Positions 38,052 to 50,272 of a stretch of DNA of 64,000 nucleotides are shown here, one piece after another. The stretch is from NCBI RefSeq assembly GCF_964204645.1, contig NC_134029.1, forward strand, positions 18,904,950 through 18,968,949, written 5' to 3'. The translations under genes and the position numbers were made by a program. How positions within the stretch are numbered: the stretch's first letter is position 1; every line of letters begins with the position of its first letter. A model generated the notes under the pieces. That model was not told the origin of the DNA and made no database searches. It worked only from the letters and a program-made list of their open reading frames with translations. Source of the DNA: Tubulanus polymorphus. Lineage: Eukaryota > Animalia > Nemertea.

Positions 38052-38304
38052 GTAAGTTTCTCTAGTATTCCACTGGTCGTTATTGCCGGGTATTGATTTC
38101 TTATCCCCGCGGCGGCATCGCTTATCTCGGCGCTATGACTTTTTTGCACCAAGACGAGATGTCCCAGACCTGACTATGATTACTATATGCCTTAGTTATT
38201 ACGTCTAAGCTCAGGCCAAACGGATACATAAACCATGTTCACACTAGGTTATTGGAATCACGGCATTCTCTAGGCGTATAGATGACACAAAATTCTACCT
38301 TAAC

Positions 38305-38575
38305 CAGGGGCGGATCTAGCTTTTCAGAAAAGGTGGTCCGCACTACTTATTTGGGTCAATACTTGAATATGGGGTGGGGTCTGGGTATGCTCTTCCAGAA
38401 AATTTTGAAAAATTAGATGCATTCTGAGCACTTTCCTGGTTGAACTATGTAATGAAGTATTTTCACAATTTTACCATTTTCTGAACAAAAAGTCTTGGGT
38501 AGAAAATTCTAAGGTCACTCTACCGAAAAAAGGCAGTGCGCGCATCCCTAGCGCACCCTCCTGGATCTGCCACTG
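38305..38575. mobile_element. MITE with CAG(G/T)GGCGGATC-type TIR (hAT-like)
   Basis: CAGGGGCGGATCTAG ... CTGGATCTGCCACTG; relatives at about 3100-3358 and 56185-56512. Confidence 0.65.
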
Positions 38576-40343
38576 ATATGAGAGTAGTTTCTACTCATTT
38601 TAACCCATTAGCACTCAGGAATTTTACTATGTAGTGTTCAAGGGAAAATCCACTTGTATTACGATACGAGATTACTGTTTATTGTCCTGTATATTACAAG
38701 TTCATGTTAGATATAAGATTTGATGAGTTGGGCTACCAAAATCCTGACCCAAGGCGGATTCGTGTGGCTTGAGGGCTTATAAGTTCAACTATTCCCATGA
38801 ATATCAAATTATTCTCAAAATCAGAATGATTTTTCAATTAAACTACTATTTTTGATGTTGAATTTCAATTTTTGTGAAAACTTAAACAATTAGACATATC
38901 AGGTTGTCTGGTCTGGGAATTGATTTTTTGCACTCATGACTTTTTAGAACTGCTAGCACGTGTCCTTGATACACACAACGGAATTCATTCTGACCGTATC
39001 TTTTTCGATAATCAATGAAACTTCATCGGTGATAGCTCGGTTACCATCGGGGACAAATAAATCGGCGCGAATCCCAGTCCAAGATATGCCTGATAGGAGA
39101 GATTGGTTGAAAAATGGAAATCTCACCTGATTGTCCTAAGTCCTAATTGTAATCCAAGGAGATAATTTTCATAACGTATTGATTGAATATTTTATACACA
39201 TTTTCGTGAGTTCAGGGTTCAAATCAGTTAGGCTGTTGGCATTATCAACTTTAGGTTATCAATAATCAATAGATTAAATAGGATAGGAATTTAAAAAGCC
39301 ACAGGAAGGTTGTGGTGAAGTGTGGAGAAGTGATGAACTTGCTGGACTTTTTTCATGCTTATTTCGACTTTTTGCTTAGCGATCTTTCTGAACTGTTTTG
39401 ATGATAAACTTAATGCCAATTATATTGGTTTGGGGAAAAGTTCGAAACTTCATGCGATGTGCCGAGATGCATTTTTGATTACTCTTGATTCGTTATTTGT
39501 TGAGGTAAGGAGTAACTAACTGATACCGGCGTAGTGTTGGGTGGTTTATTGCAAATTGCCTGATACTTAATACAGTCAATATCGCTGAATTATCGTTTTC
39601 TAAAGAAGTAACTAGCGGGAGGTCAACATCAAAGTCATTTCTGCGGATAAACTCGCATCCAGTAGCCTTTTACTGTTTGCTCGAATTATTATTTTTGTCT
39701 TAAGTTTGTTTCCTTTGCTTCTGGTGGTAAACACGATAGGCATCACGATAGGCATATTTCGAACATAGGCCGTTTGTTCGAACATAGGCTATTTGTTCGG
39801 CGCTGTCGCTGGTAATGTTGTTAGCGGAAGAAAGCCGACGGCCTACGCTCATTACGGATTTAATCTTTCCTGTTTTGAGTTTCCGATGTGAGAATGTTGT
39901 GAAAATCTCAATTAGCGCTCACGATCCGCCGAAAATCATTAGAATATATATGATTTGCCTCTCTACAGCTAGTCGACTGGCTATGTGTGTTTATGCTCTG
40001 TGATCTGAGACAATGGAATATCGAGTTAGAACCATTATTTATTCGAAATTACCACGCGACAAAAAAGCATGGAAGCATTTCAGTTTGTACGCGTTATGTT
40101 TCGGAAAAAACCGACAATATTTCAAGGTAGGCGTTCATCATCTTGTCATAGCATATCAAAATATGTTTTCTTGAAACTTGATATTCCTTTTCATCAAAAT
40201 TTTTCTTTAATATTGATGTTGCTAATAAGGAATATGAGTAGACTGACGTGAAATTCTCTTAGTTTTTAAAAGCGAAATGCCAAAATTAGGCATTAGTAGA
40301 AAAGCCTGTGCGCTCTGACGTGGAGAATAGATAATAAGTTTAA

Positions 40344-40520
40344 AATAATAATAATAATAATAATAATAATGATAATAATAATGTTTTATTTATGAATTAA
40401 ATTACAATATAAAGTAGTAGGAATTAGTACAAAATATTGTAAAATAGGACGTTGGACGACAGGTGAAGTTAGAATAAACTTATTACCTGAGAGACCCAGT
40501 CGCTCACCAAATCCATTATA
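40344..40520 (-). mobile_element. LINE 3' UTR remnant with (TTA)n tail
   Basis: Minus strand: stem-loop CAGGT-AAGTT...AACTT-ACCTG, T-rich tract, AATAAA, then about 12 TTA units. Confidence 0.5.
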
Positions 40521-41337
40521 ACAACCTGATGATGGTCTTTAGAGAGGGTCTTTAGAGAGGGTCTTCAACGTTGTGTCTTAAATGCCTAATTCTTGAGTTA
40601 TAAGCTGTGCCTGCGGGTCAAATGAGGGCTTTTTCCCTGGGCTTTTGGCAAAGTTCGGGCTCTCTAATTAGGCATGGGCCAAATTTGTCTCGGACCAAAT
40701 CATCTCCATGTGATCATGGCTATAAATTTCGCTTTCAATCTTTCGAATTTTGTAAGGTGGAATCTAAACTCATTTCCAATATAGGCGTTCTTACACCAAA
40801 TATCGTTTTTAGCTGCTCGATAAAGCTACATTTTTGGGAGATTAACTGAAACTTTTGAAAAAAGCGAGTTCCCATGATTTTTTCTTCTTATTTACGCTGT
40901 TGACATTCTCAACGGCTGCCTTAGGAAAATAGCATTTTTGTTCTGTCCTTATATATACACCGGGTTAACCCAGAAGTGGTGTTTTCTTGCTAGACAGATG
41001 AATACGATGTACTTGAAATTATGCTCGGCGGCTGATGTAATTTGAAGTGTTACCGAAGTGCATGATATTCAGAGTATCCGACCACTTCATTTGATTTTTT
41101 TTCTAATAGCAGGGTAGCTTTTCAGTGCAGGATGTTATCGTTATCTTCGCAATAGCTACTAATCGTTTCGTTAAACAAAATCTAAAACGATGACAGATGA
41201 AAGAGATGCATTTTTTTGTTCCGAAGGATTTCTGAATAGGCCTAGTTGTTTCTCGTATTTTTTGAATCGGGTATTTCTGAACCGATCATTTCTGACCCAT
41301 CCACATCAAGATTTATTCACTGATGCGCTGATCAGAA

Positions 41338-41620
41338 GTAATACAATACAACACAATACAAAAGTTTATTACTCTCTGACCTAGTATTGGTTTAAAGAGG
41401 ATACAATATTTCATATAAAAAATCTAAAGAATAAAACAATATATACATATAAACAAGAAATAATTACAATCGCATCGAAAGCAGTTTGGACATTTTTACA
41501 GTATTCGGTTGATTTGAAAAACGTTTGTTACATTGAAATGAAAAATTAAATTCATTCCCTATTCCGTTTGCATTATTACAATGTAAGCAAAATCGCTCAC
41601 TTCTAGGTATATCTCTGTTA
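41338..41620 (-). mobile_element. LINE 3' remnant (RTE-X-like) with a decayed ORF2 zinc knuckle and (ATTGT)n tail
   Basis: Minus strand translates DIPRSERFCLHCNNANGIGNEFNFSFQC, resembling the IPRxERxCxxC...IGDEFHFxxxC knuckle; followed by AATAAA and GTATT repeats. Confidence 0.7.
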
Positions 41621-41686
41621 CTATGAAACTACTAGGAAATGCTGCCATCTAGTTGCAGAAGCTTGAGATAAGACCGTTAAAACCAT

Positions 41687-42019
41687 AGGCGCTTTTACGA
41701 GCATCCGATTTTTGCGATCGATCGTAGGAACGCATTTACGAGCACCGATTTTTGCGTTCGATTTCACGATCGGCGTTTTTACGAACACGATTTTCCGATC
41801 GATTTTTGAAATCGACCAACTCGTTTTGGCGATTTGATTTCCAAGATGGCGGCACCGCGTAGTTCATAACGCTACAATTTTTTCTCAACGTCGCCATATT
41901 TATGTCATGTGATTAGCCAAATCCATCGTCATTTTTACGAACGTTCGATTCGATCGCACGATCGGAGCAAATCGGTTTACGAAATCGATCGCAAAAATCG
42001 GATACTGGTAAAAACGCCT
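41687..42019. mobile_element. Harbinger-like MITE with 3-bp CAT TSD
   Basis: CAT|AGGCGCTTTTACGAGCATCCGATTTTTGCGATCGAT ... ATCGATCGCAAAAATCGGATACTGGTAAAAACGCCT|CAT. Confidence 0.8.
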
Positions 42020-42529
42020 CATTCCAAGGTAGTTGGAAAGCTAGAACATGTCCCGCCGTTTCGGATCAAAACATTTCGTCCAGGCATCGAAGACTGTTGC
42101 TCGAGTCATCACATTTCAAACTGTCTTAAGCCATTCTGGTTCTATTACCAATTAAATAACCAATCTAAAGGGGACTGACCTCGACCTGAGGTCTCGATCA
42201 TTATTTATTGAATAGTTATTAGTTATGAATCAGTTAAATCGTTAACGCGATGATTATGAGTGGTTACATCCTGGTAAAAGTAATTCTGGAAACGCCGATT
42301 TTCATCCGCGAAGCATTCTGTCTGAATAAACATGAAAATTATCTTTATTTTTTTCGTGTTAGCTCACAATGTGCCGGCATGCTCGCCGTTTTATTAACGT
42401 TTTGTTCATATTTTATGTAGGAACTTATCAGAAATGCGACAATGATGTACGTGCAACCAGGCACGCGGAGCTTTAGAGCTTTTATTTATCATTTTACGAG
42501 CCCTTGCCTCTCAATTCCGATTCTCTTTG

Positions 42530-42994
42530 TATGTGCGCGCATGCTGGGTATGTTTAGCGAACAGAACGGAAATAATACTTCGGAAAAAGTTTTTCGCGCA
42601 GAATTTGCGCGCGTAGGCGCTTTATATATACATGTACGCAACTTTTAGAGTTAGAATGGGTGTTACCATCGTCGAGTTGAAAAGCCATCTGTTCTAACGT
42701 CGAAAAGTCGAGCAGGGAGAGCAAAGGCCACTGTCGAAACTGTGTCAAAGATAAATAGTTTGCGCGCGAGTAGTTTTATTTTTTTTTCGCCCGCAGTTTT
42801 TTTCGCATACTTCCCGATAGAAAGAGTTTGAAAGTCGTTCGCTGTTTGCTGTGTATTCTCAGTGCGCGCATGGATAGACTACTCGTTGATTTCGTGCGAA
42901 TGTTAATATTAGAGTATTCGAACGAAACCGGGGTTGTTTTTTTTTTTTCGATTTCGGATTTAAGTCGTAGTTTTTTATATAAAGGATAATAATC
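42530..42994 (+). promoter_or_regulatory. Candidate internal promoter and 5' UTR for the short isoform
   Basis: CpG/GCGCGC-rich stretch with TTTCGCGC (E2F-like, 42592) and T-tracts directly upstream of the alternative ATG exon. Confidence 0.4.
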
Positions 42995-43075
42995 ATGCCG
43001 GGAGCTTTGTTACTGTCGTCTTGTATGCCTTTGAATAGGTCTCGTTCGTATCCCGAATGTTCGCAAGATATCGTC
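42995..43075 (+). CDS. Alternative first coding exon (short isoform); MPGALLLSSCMPLNRSRSYPECSQDIV
   Basis: ATG in aatcATGc context, 27 codons, donor GTC|GTAAGT in phase 0, 88-nt intron to the acceptor at 43163, preceded by a CpG-rich promoter-like stretch. Confidence 0.6.
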
Positions 43076-43163
43076 GTAAGTCATAGGGGCATCATCGGCT
43101 GAACGAATAGAAATTTTCGAACTTTTTAGCTTTTCAATTTTGGTTTCATCTTATTTTTTTCAG

Positions 43164-43200
43164 GATTTGAAGAGTTTGATGACGGAGAAGGAATTGGCTG
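43164..43200 (+). CDS. Small shared coding exon; DLKSLMTEKELA + 1 nt (gene continues; next exon not identified)
   Basis: Acceptor ttatttttttcAG|, donor CTG|GTGAGT; open in phase 0 and compatible with both upstream donors (38051 and 43075). Confidence 0.72.
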
Positions 43201-43686
43201 GTGAGTTTGATTTTCAATTTGATTACTTATCGTAGCTTCGGTTTGAATCTTTACCTAATTCGGGTTTCACTTCAAGTTATACCGATCGCAACTATATATG
43301 TAGATAAATTTTCAATATGAAACCGAGGATGAAATTCGGTTTTCGTAGTTAGTCGACCAGCCTGTAGTATTTAGTGCTATGTTTGAATTTTTTTTTTAAA
43401 TTCATCGACCCGTTCATTATAATTCAAGGTATATATGATTTCGTGGGGGTAGCGGGGAGACTATAGAGAATTACCTGTTGATCGAGAAACAGTCCTCGGC
43501 CAGAACCGCGATTAAAGCCAATTTAAGATCGATTAGACCAAATAAAGGGTTGATCAGGATGAACCAGTCGGCCTTGACTTCTGTTGTTTGACAACATTTA
43601 ATATTGATACATACGTGTTGGGCGGTTATATGTCATGTGATTTAGTCGATTGAGATATCGCTAGATGGCAGTATAGTGATGCCATT

Positions 43687-43712
43687 GCTGCTGCTGCTGC
43701 TGCTGCTGCTGC
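43687..43712. repeat. (TGC)n microsatellite
   Basis: Direct reading, about 8 units. Confidence 0.9.
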
Positions 43713-43995
43713 GTAAAGCAGTGTGATTTATCACATGAAACACAATACGATCCCGACCAATAGTTACTCAAGAAATCTATGCCTACGATTGAATCCCCTT
43801 CGTAAACACGAACGTCTTAAAAAGTGATCATAAAAGCAGTTATAAAAATTGGTCATGAATCTTGCATGTTGTAGCGCCTAAAATTATACATACTCAGCAA
43901 AATTTTGCATAAAGCCCCAAACCAAATGTCAATTCACGTTAGTTCATTCAGATTTAAACTATATCTCGAAATGTTAAAACAATTACATTTATAAC

Positions 43996-43997
<2 letters not shown>

Positions 43998-44052
<55 letters not shown>
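43998..44052. repeat. (TA)n microsatellite
   Basis: Direct reading. Confidence 0.97.
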
Positions 44053-44055
<3 letters not shown>

Positions 44056-45252
44056 TAATTTTGACCTCCCTCCCCCCTGGATGCTGCTGTCTTTATGAAG
44101 GGTTAGTCCTTGTAGCAGATTAAGCGACGATTCCAATTCTTTTAAAAAAATAATCTTACCTATGTCAGAAATGGTATTAGTCTCCCCCTGAATATTACAA
44201 AAACATGATTGATCGTCACCATTTCATACTTGTCTCATAGAATTGGTTTTTCGACTAAGATACGCTCTATTTAAACTAACATCCGATCGCAGTGTTTAAA
44301 CTGTGGCGAGAACTTTAATTGGATTTTTAAAATGAAATATGCGTTCAGGCGCCGATGTTGTCGATAATATTTTTGATATCTTTCCTAGCGTGCGTCAAAT
44401 GCCTTATGGCGTACGGTCGTGCTTCTGTCTGTCTCGGCGCGGAGGAGTTTACACGATTACGGAACTCGACGATCGTTAAACAGCCTTCAGGTTTCGATAG
44501 GTTAACGGGTTTCTAATGAGATTTAGCGCGACGGGTGTGCACGCGCGTGTGTCGTAGTCATGAGACTGAAATTCAGTTTACGGATAGATCTCACATCTGC
44601 GCCATCGGCTCATTAGAAAATCAGGGTTCGAACGTGTGAAGCGAAAAGCGCGGTTGCGTCGAAAAAAATTTGCGAAACTGGATTCGTGTAGTAGGTACTG
44701 GTATGCCTGGTTTAGCCGGTGTGTTATTGATGAAAAATAAAATGAAATAAATGATTGTCACGCAACGAAATGGAGAATTGAATTGATCTTTGTTGAACAT
44801 CGGCCGTAATTCGGGTTGAATTGAAAGTGGGCTGTAGTTCTAATAACAAGATGGCGGACGCTTTAAGCCTGAAAGCGATCGATGAAAATTCTGGCAATTC
44901 CAATGCATCTTAGTTCTTAAGATGTCGAAGGAGCGCCTCTGCAAGATTTTCTTCAACCCCCATTGGCACGAGGACCAGGTTGTCGGAGAGCTGAAACGTT
45001 CGGTCTGGTTTCTGGTTTCGTCGACCACTAATGAAGTTGGTCATGTGAGAAAGCGATTTTTCTCTTCGAAACGAATTGTAATTGCGTTTCGGGAAGCCTA
45101 AGTCGTTACCTCGTCGTCTAATTGTCGTTTTGCCTGCTGTCTTGGCGACGGTTTGATGGTTTTCACTTTTTGCGTGGTTAAACGGTACGTACACTTGGCC
45201 TGATATATAATTGATGCACGGAAAGACTGCCTCTCATAATATACAATGGAAA

Positions 45253-48200
45253 CAGGTGTTTTTTCAATGATTCTAGGTCCGCTTTCACAATACATATCAA
45301 CATATCTGGCGAGTTAGATTTTCTCAGTGGTAAAATAATTCGACAGCATCCTGGGAACATTGTAATCCTCTCCATAATCCTCGTGATTATTATTATATAT
45401 TTTCCACCATTTTTTTTCCGTACGAGAAATTCATCTATCATATTCAACAACCAACCACTTCTAAATGAAACATTGAATTCCGAAAGATATATAACAGTCA
45501 CTCCGAACTAGCAGACTGTGAACGTATTGTCGATCCAATTTTAAACTTGAAATCTCTATCTGTCGATCGACCGACACCGGCGGAAATAGCAACTCGGCAA
45601 AATCAGCATGTCTCTTCAGGTATTCCGTACATTCTATATCGGAAAAAATTTATCAGCGATATGGAAGTATTCAACATGAAGATTGCAGTTTAGAGAAATG
45701 TTTATTAAGAAGAAATAAGTGGATGCTACCGGTAATATCAATTCAGAAAAACAGAATAGTAATTCTTTTTCTGTGCGCACAAAATGAAATAATCCGCCTT
45801 GTATCGGTAATGAAAAATTTCCAATGAGAATTATTTACCAGCTTACGAGTAATCCGTCTTTTGTATTCAAAAACTCGGGGAATTACTGCAGATATCATAT
45901 CGAAAAACATCGCGACAAAGAATTAGGAATAGCTGTATATTTCAGCTACATTCTGGTAGTTCAAAAAGTTAATCAATTCATTGATTCTCCAGCTGCATGC
46001 GTCAGTGACGACTGATTCGACCTCGAGCCTTGAGAACCATTGTCAACGATTGCTCGTTGTTGATCTTTTTGTACCTCATAGTTGGGATAGATTTTGAAAA
46101 AGATAAAGTTCAAAAGCCTAACTTTGCCTGACTTTTTTCTACATTTGATACACTAAAGTGATATGTCATTTTGTACACTGCAAAAACAGCCCGTTATCTT
46201 ATTTTTCTCACGACCTGACTAAATCATCGTCACGTCTGTACTGCGGTAGGATTCACGTGACCACTAGTTTAGTTGCTGATACAATTGTCGCACGGACTAA
46301 AGCGCACTCAGGTTGACAACGACTCGAGTCTAAAGGTCATGTGACGCATATCTCGTCTCTGATTGGCTACAACGATCTGATCGGGTCGTAGAAAATAGAA
46401 CTTGTTTTATCCTCGCGATTCGGCTTACGACAGGTCTGCAATCAATCTGTCGCAATCTGGATGCACGAGACCGGACTAGTCTTTTTGTGATCGACGCATT
46501 TCTCTTCCACGTTCAAATTAGTTCATACCCAAATGATGTATCTATCGATCTTTTAATGGAAGCCGTGAAACTGAAATGAGTCTATTAAAGTGGTGTAAAG
46601 TGATTGCTAGATCTCGACGTTTGTTTCAAACATCGCGAAGAGGCTAATTGAAAAGCCTTGATCGCTTGTCAATATTTAGACCCGTATAGTTCATCGCGGA
46701 TCTCGGTCTATTCGTGTAAACACGACGAATAAAACAGTGAGAAGAAAACAGCTTGCAGCGTTGCTTCATTTCTGATGTATGATCGATCGCCTGTTGTTGA
46801 AAAACGTAACTATGGGAAGAAAATAAGTATTCTCGGGACGATGCTTCTAGAGATAAAGAGACTTCAGAGATGAATGTATCGCCTGTTTTTTCATGCCGGA
46901 ATAAATTCGTCGTTGATGTTACCGAAATGCAGTTACAAAAAAACGAACGGTTTAGATTTACAAATGCGGTGTGGCAGGGTATATATACTGCGATACACTG
47001 TGCAGTTGCCAATCGTGTAGATTTTTGTTTGCATTCTGCATTTCTGAATCTGGGCCAAGCGTTCATTCTTTCAGATGTTTATTAGTTGTTTTTTTTTAGG
47101 TTCAGTTACCAGGGTTAGGGTTAGATAACATAGATGTTACACGTATGCATTTACAATCTAAACGTTCACAATCTATGTTATTAATATAAGGTAGGCTCAG
47201 ACCACACTTGGTATGCATCTCGACAGTCGCACATGTCATGTCGTCATAGCACTGGCTGTCTGTCTGTCAGCTGCTAAGCTTTGTAAATAGTGGGGAAACT
47301 TGGTTATAATGTTAGTATGAGGGTCTAGTTGAGCAGAGCAAAAAAATGTGCCCAGCGCGCCGCCTAGCGGCAGAAGCAGGCATTAAAAACTATTCAGCAA
47401 TATGACCTTGAAGACGACCTCGTCAGTGGGTCAATAGTGTATTTGTCGAGTACATATCGCTTGATCGATTGATCACATGACCTATGTGGCAGATACAGTA
47501 CCGAGGCCGCATAGTCCTCGATAGTGCACGGGAAACCGTTTTTGGCAACAATGTCACCGATAAATTGCGCGATGTATTTGTTGCGGCGTACTTGACGAGC
47601 TTCAGAATTCGATCAGTTCATCGGTGGTCATTGTCCGTCCGAAAACATTGTCAGCTATCAAAACTTCTCGGATGGCTAGATATTCTTCAGCAATTATTGC
47701 TAAGAATTATGCCCTCGCTGAGTACCACATTTAGAATGACGGTATCAGTGGTGAGGCATTAGCAGGTGTTTTTTCAATGATTCTAGGTCCGCTTTCACAA
47801 TACATATCAACATATCTGGCGAGTTAGATTTTCTCAGTGGTAAAATAATTCGACAGCATCCTGGGAACATTGTAATCCTCTCCATAATCCTCGTGATTAT
47901 TATTATATATTTTCCACCATTTTTTTTCCGTACGAGAAATTCATCTATCATATTCAACAACCAACCACTTCTAAATGAAACATTGAATTCCGAAAGATAT
48001 ATAACAGTCACTCCGAACTAGCAGACTGTGAACGTATTGTCGATCCAATTTTAAACTTGAAATCTCTATCTGTCGATCGACCGACACCGGCGGAAATAGC
48101 AACTCGGCAAAATCAGCATGTCTCTTCAGGTATTCCGTACATTCTATATCGGAAAAAATTTATCAGCGATATGGAAGTATTCAACATGAAGATTGCAGTT

Positions 48201-50272
48201 TAGAGAAATGTTTATTAAGAAGAAATAAGTGGATGCTACCGGTAATATCAATTCAGAAAAACAGAATAGTAATTCTTTTTCTGTGCGCACAAAATGAAAT
48301 AATCCGCCTTGTATCGGTAATGAAAAATTTCCAATGAGAATTATTTACCAGCTTACGAGTAATCCGTCTTTTGTATTCAAAAACTCGGGGAATTACTGCA
48401 GATATCATATCGAAAAACATCGCGACAAAGAATTAGGAATAGCTGTATATTTCAGCTACATTCTGGTAGTTCAAAAAGTTAATCAATTCATTGATTCTCC
48501 AGCTGCATGCGTCAGTGACGACTGATTCGACCTCGAGCCTTGAGAACCATTGTCAACGATTGCTCGTTGTTGATCTTTTTGTACCTCATAGTTGGGATAG
48601 ATTTTGAAAAAGATAAAGTTCAAAAGCCTAACTTTGCCTGACTTTTTTCTACATTTGATACACTAAAGTGATATGTCATTTTGTACACTGCAAAAACAGC
48701 CCGTTATCTTATTTTTCTCACGACCTGACTAAATCATCGTCACGTCTGTACTGCGGTAGGATTCACGTGACCACTAGTTTAGTTGCTGATACAATTGTCG
48801 CACGGACTAAAGCGCACTCAGGTTGACAACGACTCGAGTCTAAAGGTCATGTGACGCATATCTCGTCTCTGATTGGCTACAACGATCTGATCGGGTCGTA
48901 GAAAATAGAACTTGTTTTATCCTCGCGATTCGGCTTACGACAGGTCTGCAATCAATCTGTCGCAATCTGGATGCACGAGACCGGACTAGTCTTTTTGTGA
49001 TCGACGCATTTCTCTTCCACGTTCAAATTAGTTCATACCCAAATGATGTATCTATCGATCTTTTAATGGAAGCCGTGAAACTGAAATGAGTCTATTAAAG
49101 TGGTGTAAAGTGATTGCTAGATCTCGACGTTTGTTTCAAACATCGCGAAGAGGCTAATTGAAAAGCCTTGATCGCTTGTCAATATTTAGACCCGTATAGT
49201 TCATCGCGGATCTCGGTCTATTCGTGTAAACACGACGAATAAAACAGTGAGAAGAAAACAGCTTGCAGCGTTGCTTCATTTCTGATGTATGATCGATCGC
49301 CTGTTGTTGAAAAACGTAACTATGGGAAGAAAATAAGTATTCTCGGGACGATGCTTCTAGAGATAAAGAGACTTCAGAGATGAATGTATCGCCTGTTTTT
49401 TCATGCCGGAATAAATTCGTCGTTGATGTTACCGAAATGCAGTTACAAAAAAACGAACGGTTTAGATTTACAAATGCGGTGTGGCAGGGTATATATACTG
49501 CGATACACTGTGCAGTTGCCAATCGTGTAGATTTTTGTTTGCATTCTGCATTTCTGAATCTGGGCCAAGCGTTCATTCTTTCAGATGTTTATTAGTTGTT
49601 TTTTTTTAGGTTCAGTTACCAGGGTTAGGGTTAGATAACATAGATGTTACACGTATGCATTTACAATCTAAACGTTCACAATCTATGTTATTAATATAAG
49701 GTAGGCTCAGACCACACTTGGTATGCATCTCGACAGTCGCACATGTCATGTCGTCATAGCACTGGCTGTCTGTCTGTCAGCTGCTAAGCTTTGTAAATAG
49801 TGGGGAAACTTGGTTATAATGTTAGTATGAGGGTCTAGTTGAGCAGAGCAAAAAAATGTGCCCAGCGCGCCGCCTAGCGGCAGAAGCAGGCATTAAAAAC
49901 TATTCAGCAATATGACCTTGAAGACGACCTCGTCAGTGGGTCAATAGTGTATTTGTCGAGTACATATCGCTTGATCGATTGATCACATGACCTATGTGGC
50001 AGATACAGTACCGAGGCCGCATAGTCCTCGATAGTGCACGGGAAACCGTTTTTGGCAACAATGTCACCGATAAATTGCGCGATGTATTTGTTGCGGCGTA
50101 CTTGACGAGCTTCAGAATTCGATCAGTTCATCGGTGGTCATTGTCCGTCCGAAAACATTGTCAGCTATCAAAACTTCTCGGATGGCTAGATATTCTTCAG
50201 CAATTATTGCTAAGAATTATGCCCTCGCTGAGTACCACATTTAGAATGACGGTATCAGTGGTGAGGCATTAG
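45253..50272. repeat. Tandem duplication, 2 x 2,510 bp (45253-47762, 47763-50272)
   Basis: Identical ORF translations offset by exactly 2510; no differences seen by eye; junction ...gaggcattag|caggtgtttt. Confidence 0.97.

Noticed and set aside
33943-38152. Many antisense and off-frame ORFs
   Set aside because: Shadow ORFs of the GC-rich giant exon.
33672-43200. Assigning a gene symbol (for example a RhoGEF or phosphodiesterase long isoform)
   Set aside because: The architecture is suggestive only; no diagnostic domain is present in the window.
46644-47066. 140-aa ORF present twice
   Set aside because: No recognisable domain or splice context; repeated only because of the tandem duplication.
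47111-47124. TTAGGG telomere-like repeats (also at 49621)
   Set aside because: Only about two units; too short to call an interstitial telomere.
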